DNA of 45,984 nucleotides from Clostridiaceae bacterium UBA5444 (GCA_002426575.1 DIRE01000063.1:32401-78384); one strand, 5' to 3'; shown: positions 18,234 to 29,300, counted from the first letter of the stretch. The notes: generated from the letters alone by a model not told the origin. Made by a program: numbers and translations.

Positions 18234-18340
18234 TGGGTAGTAGTATTGAGCATATAATAAACGAAATGGGCAATATTGATTTGAACGTTTATTGGTAGAA
18301 GTGGAAAAGCGTACTCTAGGCCATCATTATAGCCTAGCAA
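18234..18340 (+). pseudogene. Decayed 5' fragment of an AraC-family regulator gene (first ~35 codons, interrupted by a stop) homologous to the start of 25564..26418
   Basis: atgggtagtagtattgagcatataataaacgaa...ggccatcattatagcctagc aligns with atggacaatattgttgaacatataataaacgaa...ggtcatcattatggcccagc. The translation MGSSIEHIINEMGNIDLNVYW* is truncated. Confidence 0.65.
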
Positions 18341-18348
18341 TAAAAAAA

Positions 18349-18396
18349 AATCTTAAATCGCTGCCCCCCTAGCTAAGGGAACGGCGATTTAAGATT
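18349..18396 (-). terminator. Rho-independent terminator (about 15-bp stem aatcttaaatcgctg/cggcgatttaagatt followed by a 9-U tract on the minus strand) for the glycosidase operon
   Basis: Inverted repeat seen directly. The A9 run on the plus strand upstream is the U-tract on the minus strand. Confidence 0.7.
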
Positions 18397-18426
18397 CTTT
18401 GCATAACGAAAAATAATTTACGTATT

Positions 18427-18450
18427 AGGGAGATGCTTTCACATCTCCCT
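18427..18450 (-). terminator. Second stem-loop (agggagatg ctttca catctccct) downstream of the glycosidase gene; tandem terminator
   Basis: 9-bp perfect stem seen directly. Confidence 0.45.
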
Positions 18451-18480
18451 TAATATTTTTCATAGCCATTGTATTATAAT

Positions 18481-20244
18481 TTAATTATCTTCCAATTCTA
18501 TTATTATAACACCTGACTTTTTTATATTTAATTTAATTAGTCCAGTTTTATAATCCACCTGCTCACATAGTATTAAGTTACCACGGCAATCATACTGTGA
18601 CATTTTACCTCTTATATCCTCTTCTATAACAAGATATATTTCCTCTGTCATTGCACCATTTACTATTATTAGTTTTTTAGGTATGTTAACCCCTGTTTTT
18701 ATATACATATCATCATACAAAGCAATGATACGTTTATCGTCATTCTCGGCCACAACAACAGGATACATTGCCTCAGGTGATGCTGGCATTAATTTTCCTT
18801 GTAATAGTACATCCCTATTATCTATCCAGAAGGAAGTCCAGAATTTAGTCACTTCCATATGCTCTTTTGACAACTTATCAAGTCTCATTGAAAACTGCGG
18901 GACTGAAAAAAGTATATTTATAAACTGCGATGCTACGCTCTCTGCAGTATCATTATTCGACCACATAAGCATATCAGAGTGCACGGCAGTATCTCCCGAA
19001 AGAAGCCTTAAGTCTATTGTCTCAATCCTGTTTGTAACTGGATCATTTGGACAATCTGAAGCCCTAAACATATTTCCATACTTTCTCATACACGGTCCTA
19101 TATACCTTTGCCTAAATTCAATCATTATATCGGGTTTCAGCTTTTTAAGTCTTTCCATTACACTGCTAAGGAGTAAATCCACTGCCTCCTGAACTGATTC
19201 CGTATCCCTTCTATTGTCTATCTCAAGAGCCTTTGTACATGCTCCCCTTAAATCGAACTGGTCTACAAAATCCAGTTTTAGTCCATCAATATTCCAGTTT
19301 AAAACTGCTGATTCATATATGTTTATCAGATATTCTCTAACCTCAGGGTACCTTGGATCTAGTACCCCTGCTCCCAAATAATCAATATTATATAAAACCT
19401 TATCACTAAACCTTTCCCATGCTTTTGATTTAAACCCAACAAACGGTACGCTGTACCAGATCATATATTTCATGCCAATTTCATGAACCTTTTTTACATG
19501 CCCCTGCATATCTTTAAATTTATTGCTGCAAATCTCCCAATCGCCACAAAATGCATATCCCCTGTTATTATCATCCGTCTGCCAGCCATCATCAACTATA
19601 ATCGTTTTATAGCCAAGCTCTTTTGCAGCTTTGCACTGCTCTTCTATTTCATAATCCTTAAGGTTTTGGTGAAAGCTATACCATGTCGAGTACATAGGCA
19701 TTTCAGCATATTCAGGTACATGAGATGGTTTATAGCTGCCCAAGGTTTCATACCACTTTGATGCATCGTTTATTGCCTCGTAATATGGTACATTTCTGCA
19801 GTCTATCCTTATGGTTCCCTCATAATGCTTCTGTTTTTTAGAAGGCTCAGTGAAGAGCGTAATCTTACATCTAATTTCCCCCGTTTCTTCCTTTACACCC
19901 ATATTAAATAGAACGCTATTTAAAGCATCAGAATAAGAAACTGAAAGTCTGTTTCTTTTATCTCCACTGTAAAATACTACAACAGGAGCATTTACAGTGC
20001 CTTTAAAAGATATATTCCCCATCCAATCCACTGGAAGGCTCATATTCCTCCCAGAGCCTGGATGCCAGAATGATTGTATATCGATTATGTCATGATACCA
20101 TATAATATCAACCGGAGAAAAAGCAATTTCATCATCACAATTGATATCCAGCTTAACATATAGTATCCCGTCTATTTCATTGGTGCTTATATCAACTTTT
20201 AAACTATCATCTTTTATGACTTCAAAATCACAAGGCTGTTTCAT
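18481..20244 (-). CDS. Putative alpha-galactosidase / melibiase-like glycoside hydrolase (clan GH-D TIM barrel, GH36/GH27-like)
   Basis: Motif TIIVDDGWQ (DDGW signature of alpha-galactosidases). 587 aa. Sits in a sugar ABC uptake operon. Confidence 0.5.
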   Translation of the reverse strand: MKQPCDFEVIKDDSLKVDISTNEIDGILYVKLDINCDDEIAFSPVDIIWYHDIIDIQSFWHPGSGRNMSLPVDWMGNISFKGTVNAPVVVFYSGDKRNRLSVSYSDALNSVLFNMGVKEETGEIRCKITLFTEPSKKQKHYEGTIRIDCRNVPYYEAINDASKWYETLGSYKPSHVPEYAEMPMYSTWYSFHQNLKDYEIEEQCKAAKELGYKTIIVDDGWQTDDNNRGYAFCGDWEICSNKFKDMQGHVKKVHEIGMKYMIWYSVPFVGFKSKAWERFSDKVLYNIDYLGAGVLDPRYPEVREYLINIYESAVLNWNIDGLKLDFVDQFDLRGACTKALEIDNRRDTESVQEAVDLLLSSVMERLKKLKPDIMIEFRQRYIGPCMRKYGNMFRASDCPNDPVTNRIETIDLRLLSGDTAVHSDMLMWSNNDTAESVASQFINILFSVPQFSMRLDKLSKEHMEVTKFWTSFWIDNRDVLLQGKLMPASPEAMYPVVVAENDDKRIIALYDDMYIKTGVNIPKKLIIVNGAMTEEIYLVIEEDIRGKMSQYDCRGNLILCEQVDYKTGLIKLNIKKSGVIIIELEDN

Positions 20245-20330
20245 ATTGACCTCCGCTCCGCTGCTACTTATGCAGCATAAATTATGTTAAATACAAATAT
20301 AGTAAAAGCAAGGCTAATAAGCTTATTTCA

Positions 20331-21731
20331 CTATATATTTATTTTTGCAGTATACCTTTCATTAGTATCAACTTCGACCCCTGAATATGAATAGGTTTGG
20401 CCGTCTTGTTTAGTTTCCCACTTAGCCTTAACCTCTGTATCATTTACTAGAATAGTATCTACTTTTCCCTTAAACATTGCCCTCCACGTAATAGGGGTAC
20501 CCGTTATATTTATAAATGAAGTTTCATAGACTCCCTTATGCTTTACAGTTATTTCATTACCTAGTACAGGCAAGTTTTTTATCTCTGTCCAATCCACATC
20601 GCAAGTCAACCTTCCTGTTGTTTCGACAAGCCTATTTTTAGCATCTGGTTTAATACCCATCATGCCTGTTGCTATACTTCCAATTACAGCATAGGACACC
20701 TCAGGATATTCCCTTCTTTTAAGTGCTGGATCTATAAGTTTCATGAGATACTTATAGGCTTCGTCGGAGCATCCATACCTATATAAAATCTCGGGAAAAT
20801 ATGACATTGACTCAACATTTGTACCTTTGCAGCTTATAACAGATTTCAAAGCTTTTTTAATCTTATGGCTGCCTTCTGCTATCCCAAAATATAAAGGCAT
20901 GGAAGATGCAGTGTTAAAATCATCATCGCACCCTTTAGGGATATAAAATTCTCCATCTAAGCAGGTAAAGCCATAGTAACTTTGTCTATCATCACTCCAC
21001 CACTTTGAATTGAACATATCTTTAAGATTTTCTGCCTTTTCTTCATATATCTTAGATTTTTGAACATCCCCATTAAGCTTCAATATTGTTGCATAAGCCA
21101 TAAAGCCTGCATATTGGGCACAGATCATATCATGACCTACAAAATTATCTATTGTTCCTACACAGTCCTCCATGTAAGAAGCAATCCCTCTGTAATTTAC
21201 TGGACCTTTATGCTCCATAATGCCATCATTGTTTATATCCCATGCTTTAATATAGTCTTCTACTGTACGTTCATAAAAGTTTAAAAACACGTCACTATTA
21301 ATATAGTCCCTATCCCCGGTCCATTGGTACTGCCTATAGCAGCAATCAAGAATGTCAAAATTTGCAGGTAGGTTATACCAAAAGTCTTCATCGCTTTTAT
21401 AGTCAACAGGTGCTGGAGAATCAAACTTATTTATTTCCCAATAACTACACCAATCTCTTTTTTCACTTATATTTTGTGCAAACTTTTCTAACATGTTTTT
21501 GTTGAATTTATAAAGTCCAAGCACTTGGGCTCCTGTACTCTGGTGGGCTACATCACGCATGCAAAATGCATAACGACTTGGAAGTGATGCCTCATACCAA
21601 TCACCAACAGTATCTCCCGTGAAAACATATTTTAGAGCTTGACTCTTTGCCCAGTAAAAACCTTCATTGAGTTTTATATTAGAAGAATCAAATTCAACTT
21701 TACTGTTTATTGTCTCACTGCTTTCAAGCAT
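20331..21731 (-). CDS. Hypothetical protein, probable glycoside hydrolase-like enzyme (family undetermined)
   Basis: 466-aa ORF with good coding character, co-operonic with a glycosidase and sugar ABC transporter. No motif I can assign confidently. Confidence 0.35.
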   Translation of the reverse strand: MLESSETINSKVEFDSSNIKLNEGFYWAKSQALKYVFTGDTVGDWYEASLPSRYAFCMRDVAHQSTGAQVLGLYKFNKNMLEKFAQNISEKRDWCSYWEINKFDSPAPVDYKSDEDFWYNLPANFDILDCCYRQYQWTGDRDYINSDVFLNFYERTVEDYIKAWDINNDGIMEHKGPVNYRGIASYMEDCVGTIDNFVGHDMICAQYAGFMAYATILKLNGDVQKSKIYEEKAENLKDMFNSKWWSDDRQSYYGFTCLDGEFYIPKGCDDDFNTASSMPLYFGIAEGSHKIKKALKSVISCKGTNVESMSYFPEILYRYGCSDEAYKYLMKLIDPALKRREYPEVSYAVIGSIATGMMGIKPDAKNRLVETTGRLTCDVDWTEIKNLPVLGNEITVKHKGVYETSFINITGTPITWRAMFKGKVDTILVNDTEVKAKWETKQDGQTYSYSGVEVDTNERYTAKINI

Positions 21732-21758
21732 ATACCTTTCCCTCCATACTGAAAATGA

Positions 21759-22655
21759 CTACTCCTTCACGGCTCCTACTCTCATTCCATGTATAAAGAA
21801 ATTCTGGAAAAATGGGTATATTATAATTATTGGAGCTGTTACTACTACCGTGGCAGCAGCACGCACTGTTACTGGGGAAAGCTCGCTGTATTTTGAATGC
21901 AGCAGCTGCTGATCCCTTATTCCTGTTATTGCTTCCACTTCAAGTAATAGTCGTTTTAAATATACCTGGAGGGTGTCAAACTGACCTGATGGGTTATATA
22001 TCATACAATCAAACCATGAATTCCAATGGCCAACAGCAACAAATATACATACTGCAGCAATAACAGGGGTGGCCATGGGCATTGCAATTTTAAAGAATAC
22101 TGTTAGTTCTGAGGCACCATCTATTCTTGCTGATTCAAATATGGCTTCCGGTATATCCTGCATATAGGCCCCAATAAGAAGCATGTAGTATGGGGCTAGA
22201 AGGCCTGGTATCCAATATACATTAAATGAGTTTGTCATGTGCAGCCTTACCATTAATAAGTAAAATGGTATCAGCCCTCCTCCAAAGTACATTGTAAAAA
22301 CAAATAGCTTCCTCATGAACCTTCTTCCTGAAAACCACTTTATAGTAATTACATAAGCTAATAAAGATGTACAAAATACACATGTAATTGTACCAACAAT
22401 AACCCTTAATACTGACATAATAGTAACCTTCAATAGTTTTACATCTTCAAAAATATATTTATAGGCAGACGTTGAAAACTTTCTTGGGAAGAAGTATATT
22501 CCGCCTTTTACTGCATCCGTGCTATCGTTAAACGATACTGCAAGTTGGTTAATAAATGGGTAAACCATTATAAATATAACCATCAACATCAAAATAATAT
22601 TAATAAAATCAAATATTCTACTACCTATACTTTTCCTATAATAATCTTGATCCAT
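21759..22655 (-). CDS. Carbohydrate ABC transporter permease (MalG/LplC-like)
   Basis: 298 aa, polytopic, with EAA loop (ESARIDGASELTVFFKIAMP). Confidence 0.85.
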   Translation of the reverse strand: MDQDYYRKSIGSRIFDFINIILMLMVIFIMVYPFINQLAVSFNDSTDAVKGGIYFFPRKFSTSAYKYIFEDVKLLKVTIMSVLRVIVGTITCVFCTSLLAYVITIKWFSGRRFMRKLFVFTMYFGGGLIPFYLLMVRLHMTNSFNVYWIPGLLAPYYMLLIGAYMQDIPEAIFESARIDGASELTVFFKIAMPMATPVIAAVCIFVAVGHWNSWFDCMIYNPSGQFDTLQVYLKRLLLEVEAITGIRDQQLLHSKYSELSPVTVRAAATVVVTAPIIIIYPFFQNFFIHGMRVGAVKE

Positions 22656-22697
22656 AAAATCACCTCATCAATTTATATAAAGAGATAACTTTCTTTT

Positions 22698-23648
22698 TTA
22701 TATAACAGTAACATCAAAGAATTTCTTAACTGCTTTATTTACCAAAAGTACTAGTGCAAAACTTATTACAGATTTAAAAATGCCAACAGCTGCAGCATAA
22801 GAATAGTTACCCATCTGTATGCCATAACGGTATGAATAAGTATCAATAACATCCCAATACTCTCTAGTCTGTGGTGCGCCTAGCAATAGCTGCTGCTCAA
22901 AGCCTGCATTCAATATTCCTCCAAGGCCTAAAACAAACAAAAGTCCAATGGTATTTCTAATACCTGGTAAGGTAATATGCCATACCATTCCAAATCGTCC
23001 TAAACCGTCTACTGCCCCGGCATCGTATAATTCGCTATCAATACCAGCTATAGCAGACAAATATATAATTGATGACCATCCAACTTCCTTCCATATATTA
23101 GCAGAGGTTAGAATTGTCCAGAAATACTTTCCTTCTCCTAAAAACGAAATAGGGTTGTCTATCTTTCCCATCTTTAAGAGTATCTCATTTAATAACCCAT
23201 CTGTACTTAGAAATGAGAAAAGTAAGCTTGCAGTAACAACCCATGAAACAAAGTGAGGCAAATAAGATATTGTCTGTACTGTTTTTTTGAAATGCTTATT
23301 TTTAATTTCATTTATTAACAAGGCAAGTATAATTGGTGCAGGAAAGCCAAATAATATTCCAAGACCACTTATTGATAAAGTGTTTCTTAATACCATTTTA
23401 AAGTCAGGGCTTTCAAAAAACTGTCTGAAATACTTCAAGCCCACGAACTTGCACTCAAATATGCTTTTGCCTGGTATGTAGCGCACAAATGCCATTAAGT
23501 TACCATACATAGGATAATAGCAGAATATTAACACCCATATTATCATGGGTATACATATAAGCCATACTTCTTTTTCTTTTATAAAGGTTCTCTTAGCCTT
23601 TTGAAATTTGGTTTCAGTTTTTTTAGTCTGAGTAGTTAATTCAGCCAT
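22698..23648 (-). CDS. Carbohydrate ABC transporter permease (LplB/MalF-like)
   Basis: 316 aa, polytopic, with EAA loop (YDAGAVDGLGRFGMVWHITLP). Confidence 0.85.
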   Translation of the reverse strand: MAELTTQTKKTETKFQKAKRTFIKEKEVWLICIPMIIWVLIFCYYPMYGNLMAFVRYIPGKSIFECKFVGLKYFRQFFESPDFKMVLRNTLSISGLGILFGFPAPIILALLINEIKNKHFKKTVQTISYLPHFVSWVVTASLLFSFLSTDGLLNEILLKMGKIDNPISFLGEGKYFWTILTSANIWKEVGWSSIIYLSAIAGIDSELYDAGAVDGLGRFGMVWHITLPGIRNTIGLLFVLGLGGILNAGFEQQLLLGAPQTREYWDVIDTYSYRYGIQMGNYSYAAAVGIFKSVISFALVLLVNKAVKKFFDVTVI

Positions 23649-23724
23649 TATATTCCTCCATTCTCAACAATGTATATACTTTATTAATAGAGAAGGCAAA
23701 TTCTTGCCTTCTCTATTAATATTT

Positions 23725-25377
23725 TTACTTTGATAACTTTTCAAGGTTCTTTTTATATTCTTTGCTGATATACTCTTGAACTTCATTTACTCCTGCTTTG
23801 TCAAGCATACTCTTTAGCTGCTCATAGTTCTTGTCAAATTCCCCTTCAGTCTTACTTAACACTGCTTTTGCCCAATATGTTTGAGCTGTATCATAAACCT
23901 GCTGCATCTTAACCTTTATAGGATCATCAAATTCAGGGAAGATCTGGTCAAGTGCTGAACTATCATAAATAGTATCCTTTAAATTATCATTCATTAGTTT
24001 TTTCCATTTTGCATCATTGTTAAAGCACTGGTCAATCCATGCATTTGCACTTTCATCATCACTCATAACACCCTGTGGGTGACAGAACCAAAATTGATTC
24101 GGTCCTAGTAGATAATGTGCATCATAGTCATATGTTCCATTAATTATTCCATCCTTTGCCTTTTCACTATAGCTCCACTTTCCATCTTGGAAGTTCCAAT
24201 TGGAATTTTCCTCGTTTGGTATTCCCCATGCCATAAGCCTTGTACCAGTTGGAGTTATATTAAAGTTAAAGAATCTCATTAAGTCTTCTGGGTTTTTGCA
24301 CTTATCTGTTATAACCGTATAGCCCCATCCTGTTGTATCCTTTGGTGAAAGATATGCTGCAGGGGCATTAGCTGCCTTTATCTTAACCTGTACGTATCTT
24401 TGCTCTTCTTTCCAGTCTTTATTTTCTTTCTGCCAGATTTCGTGGCCAGCATTCCAGCTTTCCCACCATCCTCCTATATGTCCTGCTATCCTCTCTCCTG
24501 CAAACTTTGCCTTCCACTCATCATACTTATTTGAGAATGCGTCAGGATCGAGCATCCCATCTCTATAAACCTGATTGTAAAACTTAGTAAACTCTAACCC
24601 CTCTGGTGTATTAATCCAGTGCGTAAGGTTATGATCTGCATCTTCCTTGTACCCTTCTTTTAATCCCCATATACCTGCTACAGTATCTATTGAACAGTTT
24701 TCATTCCATGAAAGAGCATATACCTTTTCACCTTTTGCATTCTTTGGATGAGCTGCTACCATCTGCTTTAATATTTCATAATATTCTTCTGGTGTTTCAA
24801 ACTTTGGAGATCCCATCTGCTGATACCAGTCCCAACGTATATGAGCACTAGTATCTGGTATTGGGAGCATTCCCCATCCATAAGGAAGTCCATAAATTTT
24901 TTTGTCATCATCTAAATATCTTCCATAATCTTTGCCAAGTTCCTTTTTTATATCTTTGCCAACTTTATCAACATAAGGAGTTAAATCTATTATCTTACCC
25001 TGCTCTTTCCACTTGTCCACATCTGTTTTGGACATATTAGTAATAACTTCTGGATACTCACCTGATGACAGCATCAAGTTTAGTCTTTCGTCTCCGTCTG
25101 TATCATACACTATTTTGTCAATCTTTACGTTAAAATTATCCAGCATATACTTCTGCATCTGTGCGCTGTTCTTTTTTGCCTTATCAGGATTGCCTTTTCC
25201 CTTTACGTAGTAAGAAAACTCAGTTGTGTTAACTGGTATATCCCACCCATATTCATTTTTACCTTTACTCTCTGGCGGAGTATCATCAACTTGCACAACC
25301 TCTTCTTTACCGCATCCCGTAAATAAACCTGCAATAATACATGCCACCGTTAAAACACACAATAACCTCTTTTTCAT
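23725..25377 (-). CDS. Extracellular solute-binding lipoprotein (LplA/LipO-type large SBP) of carbohydrate ABC transporter 2
   Basis: Signal peptide plus lipobox (IIAGLFTGCGKEE). 550 aa. First gene of the operon. Confidence 0.8.
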   Translation of the reverse strand: MKKRLLCVLTVACIIAGLFTGCGKEEVVQVDDTPPESKGKNEYGWDIPVNTTEFSYYVKGKGNPDKAKKNSAQMQKYMLDNFNVKIDKIVYDTDGDERLNLMLSSGEYPEVITNMSKTDVDKWKEQGKIIDLTPYVDKVGKDIKKELGKDYGRYLDDDKKIYGLPYGWGMLPIPDTSAHIRWDWYQQMGSPKFETPEEYYEILKQMVAAHPKNAKGEKVYALSWNENCSIDTVAGIWGLKEGYKEDADHNLTHWINTPEGLEFTKFYNQVYRDGMLDPDAFSNKYDEWKAKFAGERIAGHIGGWWESWNAGHEIWQKENKDWKEEQRYVQVKIKAANAPAAYLSPKDTTGWGYTVITDKCKNPEDLMRFFNFNITPTGTRLMAWGIPNEENSNWNFQDGKWSYSEKAKDGIINGTYDYDAHYLLGPNQFWFCHPQGVMSDDESANAWIDQCFNNDAKWKKLMNDNLKDTIYDSSALDQIFPEFDDPIKVKMQQVYDTAQTYWAKAVLSKTEGEFDKNYEQLKSMLDKAGVNEVQEYISKEYKKNLEKLSK

Positions 25378-25382
25378 TGCAT

Positions 25383-25563
25383 TTCCCCCTTTTAATTAAT
25401 ATTAAAATACTAATTTCATATGCAATTACTTGTTGCTAAATGAAGTCAGTGCTACCTTTATTACCCATGCTGTCTATATATTGATTATATTATAAATATT
25501 CTGGTATTTGAATGGAGTTATTTATTACAAACATGGTATAATGTAATATAAGGGGAGAATATT
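25383..25563. promoter_or_regulatory. Leader/promoter module copy 3 (intact). It holds divergent promoters for the SBP gene on the minus strand and araC on the plus strand: extended -10-like catggtataatg at ~25532-25543 and RBS aaggggag
   Basis: Sequence features read directly, plus about 80% identity to 8588-8775. Confidence 0.6.
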
Positions 25564-26418
25564 ATGGACAATATTGTTGAACATATAATAAACGAAAGAA
25601 ACGGTCTTGATTTAAATGTTTATCATGTTGGAATGGAAAAATGTACTCCAGGTCATCATTATGGCCCAGCCGTGAGAAATCATTATCTGATTCATTATGT
25701 ACAAAAAGGCCAAGGTACTTTTTATGTTGGAAATAAGTCGTACAGTCTTTCAAAAGATCAGGGTTTTCTTATCTGCCCTGATACTATAACATATTATGAA
25801 GCCAGTAGTTCTAATCCTTGGGAGTATATGTGGGTAGGTTTTAATGGCTTCAAGGCAGAGTCATATTTAAAATATGCAAACATAACCCAAGAAAACCCAA
25901 CCTTTGTATATGATAAGGACAGAGCCCTAGAAGAATGCATGAGCAACATGATTGCTGCATGCAAATACAAAAAGTCAAACGAGATAAGGCTTAAAGGTCT
26001 AATCCATATCTTCCTATCTGAACTTATAGATAATTCTAATATTAATGGTGTTGAACAAAAGTATCCTAAGGATATTTATATAAGGAAAGCAGTTGAATAT
26101 ATTACTAATAATTATGCTAGGAATATAACTGTAAGAGACATTGCAGATTATCTGTGTATTAGCAGAAATTACTTTTGCAGTATTTTTAAAAAAGCCATTG
26201 GAAAGCCTTCTCAGGAATATCTAATACAATATAGAATGGATAAAGCATGCGAATATATGTACAATAACGATTTGTCCATTAGCGATATTTCCCACTCAGT
26301 GGGGTACGAGGATCCTTTCACATTTTCTAAGGTATTTAAAAAAACAAAAGGGTTAAGTCCTAAACAATATAGGCAATGTCAGCAAAAGTCCATAGAGCCT
26401 AAAGAGGCACAAAAGTGA
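25564..26418 (+). CDS. AraC/XylS-family transcriptional regulator (N-terminal cupin sugar-binding domain + C-terminal dual HTH)
   Basis: 284 aa. The C-terminus (ITVRDIADYLCISRNYFCSIFKK...YLIQYRMDKACEYM...SISDISHSVGYEDPFTFSKVFKK) is typical of AraC HTH_18. Divergent from the sugar operon. Confidence 0.85.
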   Translation: MDNIVEHIINERNGLDLNVYHVGMEKCTPGHHYGPAVRNHYLIHYVQKGQGTFYVGNKSYSLSKDQGFLICPDTITYYEASSSNPWEYMWVGFNGFKAESYLKYANITQENPTFVYDKDRALEECMSNMIAACKYKKSNEIRLKGLIHIFLSELIDNSNINGVEQKYPKDIYIRKAVEYITNNYARNITVRDIADYLCISRNYFCSIFKKAIGKPSQEYLIQYRMDKACEYMYNNDLSISDISHSVGYEDPFTFSKVFKKTKGLSPKQYRQCQQKSIEPKEAQK

Positions 26419-26445
26419 TACATCAAATACTAAATAGCATATTTT

Positions 26446-26493
26446 GCTATGGCACTATTTTTGTAAATAGTGCCATAGCTTTTATTTATTTTG
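26446..26493. terminator. Bidirectional terminator between convergent araC and gcvPB (12-bp stem gctatggcacta/tagtgccatagc + T-tract)
   Basis: Inverted repeat and ttttatttatttt seen directly. The gcvPB stop codon lies in the T-tract. Confidence 0.65.
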
Positions 26494-27952
26494 TCCATCT
26501 AAGAATTGGGTTTCTTGCAGCTTTTACATCATCTAATCTCCTTACGGGACTATTATAAGGAGCATTCTTTAACTTTTCAGGATCTTCTTTGGCTTCCTTA
26601 GCAATATTTATTAAAGCATCAATATATGCATCTAAAGTCTCTAGGCTCTCACTTTCTGTTGGTTCTATCATAAGTGCATTATGAACTATAAGAGGAAAAT
26701 AAACTGTTGGTGGATGGAAACCATAATCTATTATTCTCTTTGCAACATCTAGTGTGGACACATCATTTTCGTTGTCTTTAAGCCCTGCAAACACAACCTC
26801 ATGCATACAAAAGTGATCTATTGCAACATTATAATAATCTTTTAATCTAACCTTTATATAGTTAGCATTTAATACAGCATTTTGTGAGGCTTCTTTTAGT
26901 CCATCTCTTCCCATTGTTAATATATAACTATAGGCTCTAACTAAAACCCCAAAATTGCCATAAAAGTTCTTCACCTTTCCAATTGATGATGGTCTATCAT
27001 AATCTAAATAATACTCTCCATCTTCCATTTTAATTAATGGGGATGGTAAAAATTTCACTAAATCATCACGAGCCCCAATAGGTCCTGCTCCAGGGCCTCC
27101 GCCGCCATGGGGAGTTGAAAACGTTTTGTGAAGATTTAGGTGGCACACATCAAACCCAATATCTCTAGGTCTTGATATACCCATTATGGCATTCATATTA
27201 GCTCCATCATAATATAAAAGTCCTCCAGCTTCATGAACAAGGTCTGCAATCACTTTTATATTTTCTTCAAATAGTCCTAATGTATTTGGGTTTGTAAGCA
27301 TAAGTCCTGCTATTTCATCAGCTTCATCATTTAATATGGATTTTAATTCCCCAATATCGATTAAACCTTTCTCGTTCGATTTAACCTCTACAATTTCATA
27401 TCCTATTACAGAGGCACTTGCAGGATTAGTTCCATGAGCTGAATCCGGAACTATTATCTTATTTCTTTTAAAATCCCCTCTGCTTTCATGATATGCCTTA
27501 ATAACCATAAGCCCTGTAAGCTCTCCATGAGCACCAGCAGCAGGCTGAAGGCTGACTCCATCAAAACCAGTTATCTCACATAATGCATTAGATAGATTAT
27601 ACATAAGCTCTAATGCTCCTTGGACAGTTTCCTCAGGCTGGAGAGGATGAATCCTTGTAAACCCAGGAAGGGATGCCATATCCTCATTTATTTTGGGATT
27701 ATACTTCATTGTACATGAACCTAAAGGATAGAATCCTTTATCCACACTATAGTTTTTATTAGAAAGATTAGTGTAATGCCTTATTACATCAACTTCACTT
27801 ACCTCTGGTAGGTCAGAGTCGTCTTTTCTAAGCATATTATCTGGAATTAAATCCTTAATATCTACATCAGGTACATCAAGTTCTGGAAGCTTATAGCCAC
27901 GTCTGCCTTCCTTAGAAATCTCAAATATAAGTTTGTCGTAGCCCATTCTCAA
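26486..27952 (-). CDS. gcvPB: Glycine dehydrogenase (decarboxylating) subunit 2 (P-protein, C-terminal subunit)
   Basis: 488 aa. PLP lysine context ([18 protein letters not shown]). Operon position after gcvPA with a 4-nt overlap. Confidence 0.9.
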   Translation of the reverse strand: MRMGYDKLIFEISKEGRRGYKLPELDVPDVDIKDLIPDNMLRKDDSDLPEVSEVDVIRHYTNLSNKNYSVDKGFYPLGSCTMKYNPKINEDMASLPGFTRIHPLQPEETVQGALELMYNLSNALCEITGFDGVSLQPAAGAHGELTGLMVIKAYHESRGDFKRNKIIVPDSAHGTNPASASVIGYEIVEVKSNEKGLIDIGELKSILNDEADEIAGLMLTNPNTLGLFEENIKVIADLVHEAGGLLYYDGANMNAIMGISRPRDIGFDVCHLNLHKTFSTPHGGGGPGAGPIGARDDLVKFLPSPLIKMEDGEYYLDYDRPSSIGKVKNFYGNFGVLVRAYSYILTMGRDGLKEASQNAVLNANYIKVRLKDYYNVAIDHFCMHEVVFAGLKDNENDVSTLDVAKRIIDYGFHPPTVYFPLIVHNALMIEPTESESLETLDAYIDALINIAKEAKEDPEKLKNAPYNSPVRRLDDVKAARNPILRWTK

Positions 27953-29289
27953 ATCACCTCCATTATGTGTACTAATCTATCTATTTCTTCTTTAGTTCTT
28001 TTTTCAGTAACGCATAAAAGCATAGAGTTTTTATACTTAGTATATTCCTTTTCTAATAAATATCCTCCTAAAATTTCATTGCATAATAGTTCTTCATTTA
28101 TTTGCTCAGCATTTAAATTTGAAGTTATTGCAAACTCCTTAAGGAAAGGTTTATTAAATAAGGGTTTAAACTTGCCTGATTTAGTAAGTTGATTAAATGC
28201 ATAGTGGGCCTTCTTTGTGGAATTTAATGCAACCTCTTTTATACCCTCTTTTCCAAGAGTTGAAAGGTATACTGCCGCCCCTATTGTATTTAATGTTTGG
28301 TCTGAACAAATATTAGAAGTTGCTTTCTCTCTTCTTATATGCTGCTCACGAGCCTGAAGAGTTAATACAAACCCCCTTTTGCCATCAACATCACAGGTTT
28401 CACCAACTATTCTTCCAGGCATCTTCCTCATAAGCTTTGAGGTTGTTGTCAAAAAACCAATATTAGGTCCTCCAAAGTTTAAGTTTGCTCCTAATGCTTG
28501 TCCTTCACCAACAACAATGTCCGCCCCCATCTCCCCAGGACTTTTTAATATACCAAGGGATATGGGATCTACGCTCATTATAAACAAAGCCTTATTATCA
28601 TGAGCAATCTTCCCAACTTCTTCCCCGTCTTCAATTATTCCGAAAAAGTTAGGACTTTGTATTAAAACTGCTGCAGTATCTTTGTCAACTAATTTTTTGA
28701 GCTTTTCAATATCTAATACCCCATCATCTGATTCTGCTTCTATAATATTAAGCCCTCTAAACCTGCCATAGGTTTTCAAAACCTTTCTAGTCTCAGGATT
28801 TACTGTGGAAGATATAATAATGTTTTTTCTTCTTGTAGATGTGGATGCCATTATGCAGCTTTCAGCTGCTGCAGTAGGACCATCGTACATAGACGAATTT
28901 GAAACCTCCATGCCTGTTAGACTGCATATCATTGTTTGAAACTCAAATATTGACTGCAATGTTCCTTGGCTTATTTCAGCCTGATAAGGTGTATATGCAG
29001 TATAGAATTCAGGCCTTGATGTTATGTGCTTAACAACTGAAGGGATATAATGGTCATAGGATCCTGCTCCTAAAAATGAAACTACCTCGTCCATGTTTAT
29101 ATTTTTATCTGCTACGGCTTTAATTTTCCCTGAAAGTTCTAACTCTGATATTCCTTTATCTAAGTCTAATTCCCTTTTTAGCCTTAATTCCTTTGGTATA
29201 TAGCTAAAAAGATCCTCCATTGATTTTATTCCTATTAAATCCATCATCTCTTTCCTTTCAATATCTGTGTTTGGGATATAGGGAAACAT
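27949..29289 (-). CDS. gcvPA: Glycine dehydrogenase (decarboxylating) subunit 1 (P-protein, N-terminal subunit)
   Basis: 446 aa, typical GcvPA sequence ([15 protein letters not shown]...[14 protein letters not shown]). Confidence 0.9.
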   Translation of the reverse strand: MFPYIPNTDIERKEMMDLIGIKSMEDLFSYIPKELRLKRELDLDKGISELELSGKIKAVADKNINMDEVVSFLGAGSYDHYIPSVVKHITSRPEFYTAYTPYQAEISQGTLQSIFEFQTMICSLTGMEVSNSSMYDGPTAAAESCIMASTSTRRKNIIISSTVNPETRKVLKTYGRFRGLNIIEAESDDGVLDIEKLKKLVDKDTAAVLIQSPNFFGIIEDGEEVGKIAHDNKALFIMSVDPISLGILKSPGEMGADIVVGEGQALGANLNFGGPNIGFLTTTSKLMRKMPGRIVGETCDVDGKRGFVLTLQAREQHIRREKATSNICSDQTLNTIGAAVYLSTLGKEGIKEVALNSTKKAHYAFNQLTKSGKFKPLFNKPFLKEFAITSNLNAEQINEELLCNEILGGYLLEKEYTKYKNSMLLCVTEKRTKEEIDRLVHIMEVI

Positions 29290-29300
29290 GAAACTCCTCC

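Noticed and set aside
19483-23481. Small antisense ORFs (19483-19761, 21060-21284, 21667-21912, 21830-22063, 22948-23256, 23287-23481) inside the sugar operon genes
   Set aside because: All are embedded antisense to confident CDSs, with no independent support.
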